A DNA stretch of 64,000 bases from Candidatus Dormiibacterota bacterium (GTDB taxonomy: Bacteria > Chloroflexota > Dormibacteria > Aeolococcales > Aeolococcaceae): NCBI GenBank assembly GCA_963709585.1, contig CAVPXI010000014.1:256001-320000 (forward strand), written 5' to 3'. Each line of letters opens with the position of its first letter. Within the stretch, counting starts at the first letter, position 1. Under the pieces are notes generated by a model. It ran no database searches, had not been told where the DNA came from, and worked only from the letters and a program-made list of their open reading frames with translations. Made by a program: the position numbers and the translations under genes. Shown here one piece after another: positions 40,628-51,282 of this stretch.

Positions 40628-43292
40628 GTGACTGTGACCGCTCTCGACCGACCGCCTCTCCAGGACAATCTCACCGAATCGGACGCCAAGGCTCGTGCCG
40701 CACTACTGTCCAATCTCTCGTACGAGGTTTCGCTGGTGCTCAGCGACGACCCGGCGGTCAAGACCTTCCAGAGCGCGACGACGATCCTCTTCGACGCTGC
40801 GCACGAGGGATCGGAAACCTTCATCAATATCGCGGCACAATCGATCGACGAGTGCACCCTGAACGGCAAGCGCCTCACCGAGGCGCAGCACAGGTTCAAC
40901 GGCAATGTCCTGTGGCTTAGCGGTCTTCGCGCCGGCTCCAACCGGCTGTCGGTGACCGCGCAGTGCGAATACCAGCACACCGGCGTCGGCATGCACAGGC
41001 TCCGCGACCCGGTGGACGACGAGGTATACGTGTACACCCACTTCGAGCCCTTCGATGCGCACAAGGTCCTGGCGTGCTTCGATCAGCCGGACCTCAAGGC
41101 CGGCGTGACCATGAGCGTGACCGCCCCGAGCGCGTGGCGGGTCTGCGGGAACGGCCGCGTCCTGCGCATCGAGCCTCGCGGTGACTTGAAGACCTGGCAC
41201 TTCAACACGACGCCTCCGCTCCCGCCCTACCTCATCGCCGTCGTCGCCGGCAAGTACCACACGGTCGAGCGCAAGCACCGCGACATCCCGATGGCGTTGT
41301 GGTGTCGCGAGTCACTTGCCACCTGGGTCGACGCCCAGGCGGATGAGATCTTCGAGATCACGGCCGCCGGGCTCGATTTCTTCGAGAAGTACTTCGGGCT
41401 GACCTATCCGTTCGACGAGTACAACCAGTTGTTCGTGCCCGAATTCAACATGGGCGCCATGGAGAATCCGGGCTGCGTCACCTTCAACGAGGCGTACATC
41501 CACCGCGGTCAGGCGAGCGAGGCCCAGCTCCAGCGGCGGGCGGAGACGATCCTCCACGAGATGGCGCACGTCCATGGTTTCGGCGACGTCACCACGATGC
41601 GCTGGTGGGGCGACCTGTGGCTCAACGAGACGTTCGCGACGTACATGGCGAACCTCGCGATGGAGAAGTCGACCCGCTTCACGAACGCGTGGGTCGACTT
41701 TGCCAACAGCGTCAAAGCGATCGCGGCGCGCCAGGACCAGCTGGTCACCACCCATCAGATCGCCGACCACGTTCCCGACACCGTTTCGGTGCGCCAGAAC
41801 TTCGACGGGATCACCTACCACAAGGGCGCGTCGGTGATGCGCCAGCTTGTGGCGTGGGTCGGCGACGACGCGTTCAAGCGCGGCGTGCAGGACTATTTCA
41901 AGCGGTACCGCTGGGGCAACGCGGACCTGCAGGAATTCCTGGACTGCCTGCGGCGCGCGTCGGGTCGCGACCTGACGCGCTGGGGCCAGGACTGGCTGCA
42001 GACCACCGGGTTGAACACATTTCATGCTCTCCTCGCGGAGCAGAACGGCAGGTACACCGCCTTCGCGGTCGAGCAGACCGCCCTCCCGGAGCATCCAACG
42101 TTGCGCGCCCACCGCGCCGGCGTCGGCCTCTACGACCGCGACGCGAAAGGGGTCGTGCGCCTCCGCCGCCATATCGAGATCGACCTCACCGGAGCGATCA
42201 CCCCGATCACCGAGTTCATCGGTGAGCGCGTCTGCGATTTCGTGCTCCTCAATGACGGTGACCTCACCTTCGCCAAGCTTCGGTTTGACCCCCGTTCGCT
42301 GCAAACGCTCAAGACCGACCTGTCCAACCTTGCGGACCCGCTTGCGAGGGCTCTGTGCTGGGCAGCGCTCTGGGACCTCACGCGCGACTGTGAGATGCCG
42401 ACTCGCGAGTTCGTCGAGCTCGTCGCTCGCCACGCGCCGACGGAGAAGGACCCGCTGCTCGTTGAGCGGGTCACCAGTCAGGCACGTTCGGCGATCGACC
42501 TCTACGGGGATCAGGACAACCGCACCCTGGCCCGGGAGCTGCTGCACCAGGTGGCCGTCGAGCAGGCGAACAGCCACACGCTGTCCATCGAATTGCGGCT
42601 CATCTGGGCACGCATCCTGATCGCCACCGCCGCCTCTGAAGACTCGCTCCGGAGAGTGGCGGCCATGCTCGACGGCAGCGAAAGCATTCCCGGCATCGAC
42701 GTGGATACCGATCTCCGCTGGCTGATCCTGGGCCAGCTCTCCGAGGAGGGGCACGCGGACGCCGCTCTGATCCAGGCGACCATGGCCGCGGACCCGAGCG
42801 ACATCGGACGGCGTCGGGGCACCGCCTGCCTCGCGGCCCGGCCGACCGCGACCGCCAAGGAAGAGGCGTGGCGGCGCGTCGCCGAACTCGAGCGCGCCGA
42901 TGCCGAAGGCCTGGAAGGGCGCGACCGACGGGGAGCTCTCCGTCGCCTCGATGGCGGCGATCCTTCGTGGCTTCTACATCGGATCGGTCGGTGTCGGCGG
43001 CATGATGGCCCACGGACCGAGACCCGAGCTGCTCCGGCCGTACGTCAAGCGCTACTTCGACGCGCTTCCCGCGATGTGGGCGGAGCGCACCATCGACGAA
43101 GCCGAGATCTTCACCGAGTGCCTCTACCCCAACTATCTCGTCGACGACCAGGTGATCGCGGCCATCGACCGCGCCCTCGAAGAGGGCGATCTCCCTGGTC
43201 CGGCGGTGCGCATCCTGCGCGAAGGCCGTGACGGGTCGTTGCGGGCTCAACGCGCCCGCGAAGTGGATCGAGCGGCCGGCGCCGCTAGCTAG
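40628..43292 (+). CDS. pepN: Aminopeptidase N (M1, actinobacterial type), frameshifted near 42886
   Basis: FDQPDLKA, GAMENPG, HEMAH...LWLNE, FDGITYHKG. The C-terminus continues in the 42900..43292 ORF. Confidence 0.93.
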
Positions 43293-44592
43293 CCGCGCTG
43301 CTCATCAGGGCAACGGCCTCGTCGTCCTCATAGCCACACGGGCTTCCGGACGGCTGGCCCTCAACGCTGATGCGGTCGTAAATCGCGGCGAGGCGATCCA
43401 CCGCGCGGAGCCAGGTGAAGCGACCGGCGCGACGGCGCGCCTCATCGCCCATCTCGGCCTTGCGAGCGGGGTCGTCGAGCACGTCGGCAACGGCGCGGGC
43501 GTAGTCCTCTGGGTCGTGGCCTTCGACGAGAAAGCCGGACACGCCGTCCTCCACGACCTCGCGCAGGCCGCCCACCGAGGCGGCAACGACCGGGGTCCCG
43601 AGCGCCTGTGCCTCGAGAGCCACGAGGCCAAAGCTCTCGGTCAGCGAGGGGACGACGCACACATCCGCCATCGCGTAGTACACGGCGAGCTGGTCGTGCG
43701 GCACGGCGCCCACAAATCGAACATGGTTGCCGAGCCCGATACGCGCCGCGTGGCGCTCAAGGCGGTTTCGTTCGCCGCCGCGTCCATCGTTCGCGCCGTC
43801 GCCGCTGTCGTCGCCCGCGACGACCACGGCAAGGTCCGCGAAATCGCTCCGCGTCCTGAGGATCGCTGCGGCGTCGAGCAGGATCTGCGCGCCCTTCAGT
43901 GGTTCGAGCCTGCCGGCGAACAGCGCCACGCGGGCATCTTCGAGACCCAGCCTTCGCCGCAGCCCGGAGCCGTCGTGCTCGGCGAAGAGGCGCGGGTCGA
44001 CGCCGGGTTGGGCAACGCAGATGCGGTCTCTGGACGCGCGATACAGCCGGATGAGGTCTTTGGCCTCGGCCGCGCTCGCGGCGACGAGGCGGTCAGCCTG
44101 GGCGGCGAGCTCACCCTCGGCCTGAGCGCGGAGCGCATCCAGCGGCAGGCCGGCGCGTGCCTTGGTCAGCGCCAGGGTGTGAAACGACTGCACCCACGCA
44201 ACGTCCCACGCCTCTCGAAGCTGCCGGCCCACCAGGCCGCCGTGCCAGTAATGGCCGTGGATGGCCCGATAGGAGCGACGTTCCGACGCCGCGTGACGGA
44301 TGGTCGCGCCGGTGAAGTCGTCGAGCAGCGCCCGGACAGCCTCCTTGCGGAGTGGCTGCGGCGGCCCCACGGGGAGGCGAACCAGCCTGCTCAGCGGCGC
44401 GATCAACTCCTCGTCGGGGCCGGGTCCGTCGCGACGCACGAACACGTCGGTGGGTACGCCTCGAAGCGAGAGTCCCTCGCACAGCCTGCGGATGGCGAGG
44501 TTCATCCCGCCGTTCTCCCCGCTGCCCAGATCCGACAGCGGCGAGGCGTGCACGGAGATGACGGCGACCGCCCGCGGGCCGGCTTGGAGCAT
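43285..44592 (-). CDS. mshA: GT4 glycosyltransferase, MshA-like (D-inositol-3-phosphate glycosyltransferase)
   Basis: SVHASPL...[46 protein letters not shown] lies 7 nt after TACACT. Confidence 0.72.
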   Translation of the reverse strand: MLQAGPRAVAVISVHASPLSDLGSGENGGMNLAIRRLCEGLSLRGVPTDVFVRRDGPGPDEELIAPLSRLVRLPVGPPQPLRKEAVRALLDDFTGATIRHAASERRSYRAIHGHYWHGGLVGRQLREAWDVAWVQSFHTLALTKARAGLPLDALRAQAEGELAAQADRLVAASAAEAKDLIRLYRASRDRICVAQPGVDPRLFAEHDGSGLRRRLGLEDARVALFAGRLEPLKGAQILLDAAAILRTRSDFADLAVVVAGDDSGDGANDGRGGERNRLERHAARIGLGNHVRFVGAVPHDQLAVYYAMADVCVVPSLTESFGLVALEAQALGTPVVAASVGGLREVVEDGVSGFLVEGHDPEDYARAVADVLDDPARKAEMGDEARRRAGRFTWLRAVDRLAAIYDRISVEGQPSGSPCGYEDDEAVALMSSAAS

Positions 44593-44670
44593 GGCCTCAA
44601 GTGTACCCACCGGCCCCTTGACGAATCCGCCGGGACCCGGCGCATACTCGACGGCCACATCTGAATAACG

Positions 44671-44820
44671 CTCCGGGTGACGGGAAGCCGGTGACAATCC
44701 GGCGCTGTCGCGCAACTGTGAGCGGGGAGCCGGCGGCCATCGTGCCACCGGGAGGGCGACCTCCCGGGAAGGCGGCCGTGGTCGGTGTTGATCCGCAAGC
44801 CAGGAGACCGATCCGAGGCG
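44671..44820 (+). ncRNA. Cobalamin riboswitch
   Basis: GGGAAGCCGGTG-ACAA-TCCGGC-GCTGTCGCGCAACTGT...GCCAC...GGGAAGGC...AAGCCAGGAGACC (B12 box), upstream of an ECF transporter. A CCTCC anti-SD near 44826 can pair with the GGGAGG SD. Confidence 0.95.
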
Positions 44821-44857
44821 TCGACCTCCACCCCCGCGCACGACGGGAGGAAACCTC

Positions 44858-47152
44858 ATGCGGCGAGGACAACTCCGGCAAGGGTGGAGTTCCCTTCGCC
44901 GCGTGGGGTGCCGACATGGGCAGGACCAGGAGGGTCGCCGCACTGGCGACCACTGGAGCGACGGGCGCAGCGCTGCTCGCCTTCGCCATTGGAACCGGCA
45001 GCGCGGCCACGCAGGTCGATCCCCTGTCGAGGACGATCGAATACCTGCAGGGGCAGCAGTCGGGGAGTGACGGATCGATCCCGGTGGGGGCGAGCACGGA
45101 CGCGGTCAGCGAGGAGTACGCGATCGGGGCGGCCGCCGCCGGTTACGACCCCAACGCGCTGCGCCACGGCGCCGGCCCCTCGGTCATGGCCTATCTCGCT
45201 GCCCACGCCGCCTCCGCCTGCGCCGCCGCCGGGGCGTGTGGTGAGCTCCTCCAGGCGGTCGCCGCCGCCGGGCTCAACCCCGCCTCCTTCGGGGGCGTCG
45301 ACCTGCTCACCACCCTCAACGGCTTCTACGCGGCCGGCACCGGCGTCTTCGGCGACGGTGAGGCATTCACGCAGACCCTCGCCATCCAGGGGCTGGTCGC
45401 CGCCCATCAGCCGGTCCCGGCGGCGGCCCTCGGCCATCTCATCACCGCCCAGGACAGCGACGGCGGCTGGGACTTCAAGCTCGTCAAGAACGACACCGGC
45501 TTCGACACCAGCGACACCAACTCCACGGCCATGGTGCTCATGGCCCTGGACGCCGCCGGGATGCACAGCCGGGATGGTTCCGCGCTCGCCTGGCTGCACA
45601 CCCAGCAGGACCTGACGAGCGGCGGCTTCCCCTACCAGGCCGGCTCGGGCACCGACCCCGATTCCACCGCGCTCGTCCTCCAGGCGCTGCTCGCCACCGG
45701 CCAGAACCCGGACGGACCCGCTTGGGCACCCGGCGGCCACGCGCCGCTCGCCGAGCTCATCGCCACCCAGAACAGCGACGGCGGCTTCGCCTTCCCCGGC
45801 AACCCCACCCCCGATCCCTTCACCACCGCTCAGGTCCCGCCGGCGCTGGCGATGCAGCCCTATCCGGCGCAGGTGGTCTTCACCCGGGGTCTCACGCCGG
45901 CAGCGGAAGCGCACGCAGCGACCGCCTCGCTGCTCTACCTGCAGGGGCAGCAGTCGGGGAGTGACGGATCGATCCCGGTGGGGGCGAGCACGGACGCGGT
46001 CAGCGAGGAGTACGCGATCGGGGCGGCCGCCGCCGGTTACGACCCCAACGCGCTGCGCCACGGCGCCGGCCCTCGGTCATGGCCTATCTCGCTGCCCACG
46101 CCGCCTCCGCCTGCGCCGCCGCCGGGGCGTGTGGTGAGCTCCTCCAGGCGGTCGCCGCCGCCGGGCTCAACCCCGCCTCCTTCGGGGGCGTCGACCTGCT
46201 CACCACCCTCAACGGCTTCTACGCGGCCGGCACCGGCGTCTTCGGCGACGGTGAGGCATTCACGCAGACCCTCGCCATCCAGGGGCTGGTCGCCGCCCAT
46301 CAGCCGGTCCCGGCGGCGGCCCTCGGCCATCTCATCACCGCCCAGGACAGCGACGGCGGCTGGGACTTCAAGCTCGTCAAGAACGACACCGGCTTCGACA
46401 CCAGCGACACCAACTCCACGGCCATGGTGCTCATGGCCCTGGACGCCGCCGGGATGCACAGCCGGGATGGTTCCGCGCTCGCCTGGCTGCACACCCAGCA
46501 GGACCTGACGAGCGGCGGCTTCCCCTACCAGGCCGGCTCGGGCACCGACCCCGATTCCACCGCGCTCGTCCTCCAGGCGCTGCTCGCCACCGGCCAGAAC
46601 CCGGACGGACCCGCTTGGGCACCCGGCGGCCACGCGCCGCTCGCCGAGCTCATCGCCACCCAGAACAGCGACGGCGGCTTCGCCTTCCCCGGCAACCCCG
46701 CCCCCGATCCCTTCACCACCGCTCAGGTCCCGCCGGCGCTCGAGCGCGGCGCCTACCCGTTGACCTGCGGGAGCGCCCGCTGTTTCCAGCCGGACGCGAC
46801 GCTGAGCGGGCCGTCGCCGGCGCCAACGCCGAGGCCGACGCCGGCACCCACCCACACGCCCCATCCGGCCGCGACGCCGACGCCGGTCTCCGCTACCGGC
46901 GGGGCACCGTCTCCGGCCCCGACCGGTTCCGTTTTGGGAGCCGCCGCGACGCCGACACCCCAGCCCACGAGCATCACGACCACGGCGCCCGCGCCGCCGA
47001 GCCCGAGCGCGAGCGCACTGCCGCCTCTGGCGACGTCTCCCGCAACCGCGAGCGGTTTTCCGACGGCCGCCATCTACGTGATCGCGGCGCTTGCGGCGGC
47101 TGTCGTGGTGGCCGGCGTCGTCCTCGGCACGCGCCGCCGGCGGGGAGCATGA
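44858..47152 (+). CDS. Membrane-anchored surface protein with two tandem alpha/alpha-toroid (prenyltransferase-repeat, transcobalamin alpha-like) domains; frameshifts near 44890 and 46071
   Basis: Signal peptide; QxxDGG[WF] repeats, DTNSTAMVLMAL, DPDSTALVLQAL, TTAQVPPAL; Pro/Thr stalk, TM helix, RRRR tail. The ATG at 44858 has a GGGAGG SD and comes into frame if one T at 44887-44892 is removed. Confidence 0.8.
45042..46740 (+). repeat. Near-identical intragenic direct repeat: 45042-45847 and 45936-46740
   Basis: 806 and 805 bp copies. Differences noticed: a 1-nt C-run deletion near 46071 and one substitution (NPTP vs NPAP). The 88-bp spacer is unique. Confidence 0.95.
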
Positions 47153-47960
47153 GCCTCGAGTGATCCGTCGCCTGCTTCGCTTCGCGCTCGCCCTGCCCGT
47201 GATGGCGGTCGGTCTCGGTGCCGCGTCGAGCGCCGCCAGCGTGGGACCGGCGGCGCCGCTCTGCGCCCAGGCGGCGGTCGCGCACCGCGCGGGTGTGGTC
47301 GTCGAGCACGGAGATGGGCGCGTGATCCGGCGCTGCGTGGGCTTCAGCACCGCCACGGCCACGGCGCTCGCGGTGCTGCAGGGAAGCGGGCTCGAGGTGG
47401 GAATCTCGTCGTATGGCGGAGGGCTCGGTGCGGCCATCTGCCAGATCGACGACGAGCCCTCGACCTACCCGCCAGGCTGCTTCACGTCCACCGGCTCGTA
47501 CTGGGTGCTCTTCGTGTCCCGCGCCGGCGGCGCATGGACCGTCTCCGATCTCGGCGCCTCGAACGTCGCGGTCGGCAATGGCGACGACATCGGCTTCCGC
47601 TACAACTCGCAAAACGGTGCCGACCCGCCGCCGCCATCGCCGGCCGGGACCTGCCCCGTGGTCACGCAGCCACCCGCGCGAACACCGACGCCCGCGGCCA
47701 GAGCGACTCCTCCGCCACGAGCCACGCTCTCGCAGTCCGCCACGTCAACAGCGCACCCGGCAACACCACCGGCACCCACGACACCGACGGCCGGGGTGCT
47801 CGGTGTTGCGACTCCCGGCGCGACGCCGATAGCGGTGGGATCGCTCAGATCGGCGAGCGCCCCGCCTGGCGTCAACGTCGGGGTGCTGCTCGCAGTAGTC
47901 GGGGCGGGAGGGCTGCTCGGGCTGCTCGGCGCTCGAGTTCTGCGACGGCGCCGCGAGTGA
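47149..47960 (+). CDS. Membrane-anchored DUF4430 / transcobalamin beta-domain-like (beta-grasp) protein
   Basis: Signal peptide; TALAVLQGSG...GAAICQIDD...YWVLF...W...LGASNVAVGNGDDIGFRY; Pro/Thr stalk, TM helix, RRRR tail. Start is GTG at 47160, or ATG at 47149 if one base is missing. Confidence 0.78.
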
Positions 47961-48781
47961 ACCCTCGCGCGCTCGCCGCCTGGTCGGTCGCGGGCATCAC
48001 GATCGCGCTCGCATCGGGCAACCCCGTGTACCGCGTGCTGGTGCTGCTCTGCGCGCTCAACGTCCTGGTCGCCTTGCGCCGGCCGGATGTCTCGCTCCGC
48101 GGCATGGCGATCGCGCTTTCAGTCGCGGCGCTCATCGCCATCGTCATCACCACGCTCGCGAGCCACACCGGTGATCACGCGTTCCTGGTGCTGCCCGCCG
48201 GAATCCCGGTGTTCGGCGGCTCGTTGACGATCGAGGCGGCGCTGTTCGGCGCGTCGATCGGCCTGGGGATCGCCGCAGCCGTGGTGGCGGCGGCGCCGCT
48301 CTCGCTCGTGTTGATGCCGAATTCGCTGGTTGACGCCCTCCCGAGCGCGCTCGCGCGGACCGGGGCAGCGATCGGCACGGCGCTCAACCTGATCCCCGCA
48401 ATCGCGCGGAGCGCCACCGAGATTCGCGACGCGCAACGCATGCGTGGGTGGCGTCCCCGCCGCGTTCGGGAATGGCCGGACCTGGCGGTGCCGGTCGTGC
48501 TCACCGCGCTCGAGAGCTCGATCACACTCGCCGAGGCGATGGAGGCGCGCGGCTACGGGTCGGGGGCGCGAACCCATTACACCGACGTCGTGTGGCGCGG
48601 GGCCGATGTTGCGGTGGGCGTGGTCGCCGCGCTGGCCGCGGTCGCCTTTGTGCTGCTCCGCGTCGCCGGTGTCATCGGCGACTGGTACCCGTTTCCCGCC
48701 CTATCGGTGCCGCCGGTCAACGTCATCGGCGTGGCGTGCTGTCTTGCCCTGGCGATGCCGGCGCTGGTGTGGCGGCGATGA
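47957..48781 (+). CDS. ecfT: ECF transporter T component
   Basis: Coupling-helix motifs IRDAQRMRG and LAEAMEARGY. Confidence 0.9.
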   Translation: MNPRALAAWSVAGITIALASGNPVYRVLVLLCALNVLVALRRPDVSLRGMAIALSVAALIAIVITTLASHTGDHAFLVLPAGIPVFGGSLTIEAALFGASIGLGIAAAVVAAAPLSLVLMPNSLVDALPSALARTGAAIGTALNLIPAIARSATEIRDAQRMRGWRPRRVREWPDLAVPVVLTALESSITLAEAMEARGYGSGARTHYTDVVWRGADVAVGVVAALAAVAFVLLRVAGVIGDWYPFPALSVPPVNVIGVACCLALAMPALVWRR

Positions 48782-50145
48782 CGCGGCCGTCGGTCGCAGC
48801 GCTGTCGGGCTTCACGTATCGCTATCCCGCGGGCCAGACCGACGCACTCGACATCGCCGAACTGCGCGTCCACGAAGGCCTGACCGTGATCACGGGCGCG
48901 TCGGGCTCCGGGAAGTCGTCGCTCCTTCGGGTGTTCAACGGGCTGGTGCCGCATTTCCACGGCGGCACCGTCGGTGGGAGCGCCGTGGTGCGCGGCCGCG
49001 ATGTCATCACCACCCCGACCCGCGTGCTCGCGACCGAGGTCGGCTTCGTGTTCCAGGATCCCGAGCTGCAGTCGGTGTACCCGACGGTTGAACGCGACGT
49101 CGCGTTCGGGCTCGAGAACACCGCCACGCCGCCGGCAGCGATGCCGTCACGGGTCGCCGAGGCGCTGGAGCAGACCGGCATCGCGCACCTGCGCGGCCGT
49201 GCGGTCGCCACGCTCTCCGGCGGCGAGCGTCAGCGCCTCGCCCTCGCCGGCGTCCTCGCCATGCGTCCTCGGGTGCTCGTGCTCGACGAGCCGCTCTCCC
49301 AGCTCGACGAGGATGGCGCGCGATCGCTGGTGGCCATCCTCGCAGCGCTCGCCCGATCGGGCACCGCGGTGGTGGTCGCCGAGCATCGCCTCGACCAGCT
49401 CGGTCTGCTCGATGGACGCCGGCTCGCGGTGCAACGCGGGCGCGTCGCCGACGCGGCGACAGGAGGCCAGGGCCGGATCGCCGAGATGCCCACATTCCCC
49501 CCAGCCGCGCAGCCGGCACCTTCCCGGGTCGCCTGGCAGCTCAGTGGCGTCACGACCGGACCGGCGGGCATCCCCATTCTCGAGCCGGTCTGCCTGCAAG
49601 GCCGCGCGGGCGAGGTCGTCGCACTCGTCGGCCCCAACGGTGGTGGCAAGACGACGCTGCTGCGCACCATCGCCGGGCTGCTCGCACCCCTCTCCGGGCA
49701 GGTGCATCGCGAGCCCGGGAGGGTTGCGTTCCTGCCGCAGAATCCGATGGCCCTCCTCCACCGCGCGACCGTCGCCGCCGAGGTGGCGTGGACGGTGCGC
49801 GGCGATCCACGGAGCGATGACGCTCACACGATCATTGCCGACCTCGGTCTCGCCGACCTGGCCGAGCGAGATCCACGCGATTTGAGCACGGGCGAGCGTC
49901 AGCGAGCGGCCATCGCCGCGGTCCTCGCCGGTGAACCGCGCATCGCACTCCTCGATGAACCGACTCGCGGCATGGACGACGCGGCACGCGACGCACTCTG
50001 CCGTGCCATCGGCCGCCTGCGCGCGGCGGGCAGCTCCGTCGTTATTGCCACTCACGACAAGAACCTGGCTGCTGCGCTGGCGGATCGGACGCTTGCCGTG
50101 GGTGCCGGGCTGGTGCGGGAGCTCACTCCGGTGGCGGTGGCGTGA
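48778..50145 (+). CDS. ecfA: ECF transporter ATPase (fused A-A')
   Basis: Two Walker A motifs (GASGSGKS, GPNGGGKT), FQDPE, LSGGERQR, DPRDLSTGERQR, LDEP twice. Confidence 0.92.
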   Translation: MTRPSVAALSGFTYRYPAGQTDALDIAELRVHEGLTVITGASGSGKSSLLRVFNGLVPHFHGGTVGGSAVVRGRDVITTPTRVLATEVGFVFQDPELQSVYPTVERDVAFGLENTATPPAAMPSRVAEALEQTGIAHLRGRAVATLSGGERQRLALAGVLAMRPRVLVLDEPLSQLDEDGARSLVAILAALARSGTAVVVAEHRLDQLGLLDGRRLAVQRGRVADAATGGQGRIAEMPTFPPAAQPAPSRVAWQLSGVTTGPAGIPILEPVCLQGRAGEVVALVGPNGGGKTTLLRTIAGLLAPLSGQVHREPGRVAFLPQNPMALLHRATVAAEVAWTVRGDPRSDDAHTIIADLGLADLAERDPRDLSTGERQRAAIAAVLAGEPRIALLDEPTRGMDDAARDALCRAIGRLRAAGSSVVIATHDKNLAAALADRTLAVGAGLVRELTPVAVA

Positions 50146-50921
50146 GAGTCGGCGCGATCTCGATCGCGGGGCTGGCACTGTTTCTGTGGCCCTTCGTGGC
50201 TGCGGACACGCCGCCGGCGGCCACATCCCTGGTCCTCAGCCTCGGCGTCGTCGCCGTGCTGATCTTCGTCGAGGCATCGACGCGACGGCTGGATGCACGG
50301 CGGTTTGCCCTGCTGGCGGCGATCGCCGCGGTCGACGCCGGACTGCGACTCGTGCTCGTCACCGGGTTGGGCGGATTCAGCCCGATCTTCTTTCTGATTC
50401 TCGCCGCCGGCTACGTGTACGGACCGTCCTACGGGTTCCTCGCCGGGTCGGTGGCGCTGCTCGCGTCGGCGGTTGCGACCGGCGGGATCGGATCGTGGCT
50501 TCCCTACGAGATGGTGGGGTGCGGTTTCGTGGGGCTGGTTGCGGGCCTGGCGGGCCTGCGCCGTTCCGGGCCCGTGACCTGGCGGGACATCGTGATCCTG
50601 GCGATCGTCGGAGCGATCACCGGCTTCGCCTATGGCGCCCTCCTCGATGTCTGGGACTGGACCACCTTCTACCGGGGAGCGCCGGGCTTCGGATGGCAGC
50701 CGGGGCTCTCGCTGACCACAGCGCTCGCTCGGTTCGGTCGTTTCTACGTGGCGACGTCTCTGGTGTACGACAGCTTCCGGGCTGCGGGCAATGCACTCGC
50801 GGTGATCTTCCTGGGTGCGCCGGTGCTCGCCGGGTTGCTGCGCATGCGGTCGCGTTTCAGCGTGACCGTCCTGGACAGCTCGGCCCACGCTTCGGTGCCA
50901 TCGCCATTCAGCCCGAGCTGA
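50142..50921 (+). CDS. ECF S component, CbrT-like (cobalamin)
   Basis: FSPIFFLILAAGYVYGPSYGFLAG...GGIGSWLPYEM; lies in the riboswitch-controlled operon. Confidence 0.82.
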   Translation: MRVGAISIAGLALFLWPFVAADTPPAATSLVLSLGVVAVLIFVEASTRRLDARRFALLAAIAAVDAGLRLVLVTGLGGFSPIFFLILAAGYVYGPSYGFLAGSVALLASAVATGGIGSWLPYEMVGCGFVGLVAGLAGLRRSGPVTWRDIVILAIVGAITGFAYGALLDVWDWTTFYRGAPGFGWQPGLSLTTALARFGRFYVATSLVYDSFRAAGNALAVIFLGAPVLAGLLRMRSRFSVTVLDSSAHASVPSPFSPS

Positions 50922-51282
50922 GCGCTAGCACCGCGAAGACGACCGCGACGATGGCGCCGATCAACAGCGGCAGCTTCGACAGCGGCCACGGCATTCGCCG
51001 GCCGACCGCGAAGGTCACACCGAGCGTGACCGCCATCCCAGCTCCGTAGAGATAGTGCTGGGGTGCGTGCGTGGGACGGTGGCCCATGAGATACAGGGCT
51101 CCACCCAGGACCACCTGAACGGCGACCGCCAGCAGCAGCAGCCGCAGGTAGATCTTGAGAACGATTCCCACGAGCGGCGTCACCAGCGAGATCAGCGCCA
51201 CGAGCGCGCCGAGCACCGCTGCAACCACGAGGATGAATCCAAGCTTCTGATGCAGGGTCACCCAATCGATCGAGGCGATCAT
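50908..51282 (-). CDS. Small 4-TM membrane protein of unknown function
   Basis: Four hydrophobic segments, His in TM1 and an HYLYG motif; TGATG overlap with fpr. Confidence 0.7.
   Translation of the reverse strand: MIASIDWVTLHQKLGFILVVAAVLGALVALISLVTPLVGIVLKIYLRLLLLAVAVQVVLGGALYLMGHRPTHAPQHYLYGAGMAVTLGVTFAVGRRMPWPLSKLPLLIGAIVAVVFAVLALSSG

Noticed and set aside
14001-43292. lysY, nuoL, nuoF, pepN and other broken genes as pseudogenes or programmed frameshifts
   Set aside because: Each has a single indel in an otherwise intact gene, located in a homopolymer or at GAGTC sites in both orientations; sequencing error is the simpler explanation.
45042-46740. The long repeat as a DGR template/variable pair or a CRISPR-like array
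   Set aside because: No reverse transcriptase or cas genes, no pattern of adenine-specific mismatches, and both copies are in-frame protein domains.
44858-47152. Prenyltransferase-repeat protein as a squalene-hopene cyclase or prenyltransferase enzyme
   Set aside because: It is exported and membrane-anchored, has no DXDD catalytic motif and lies in a B12-riboswitch transport operon.
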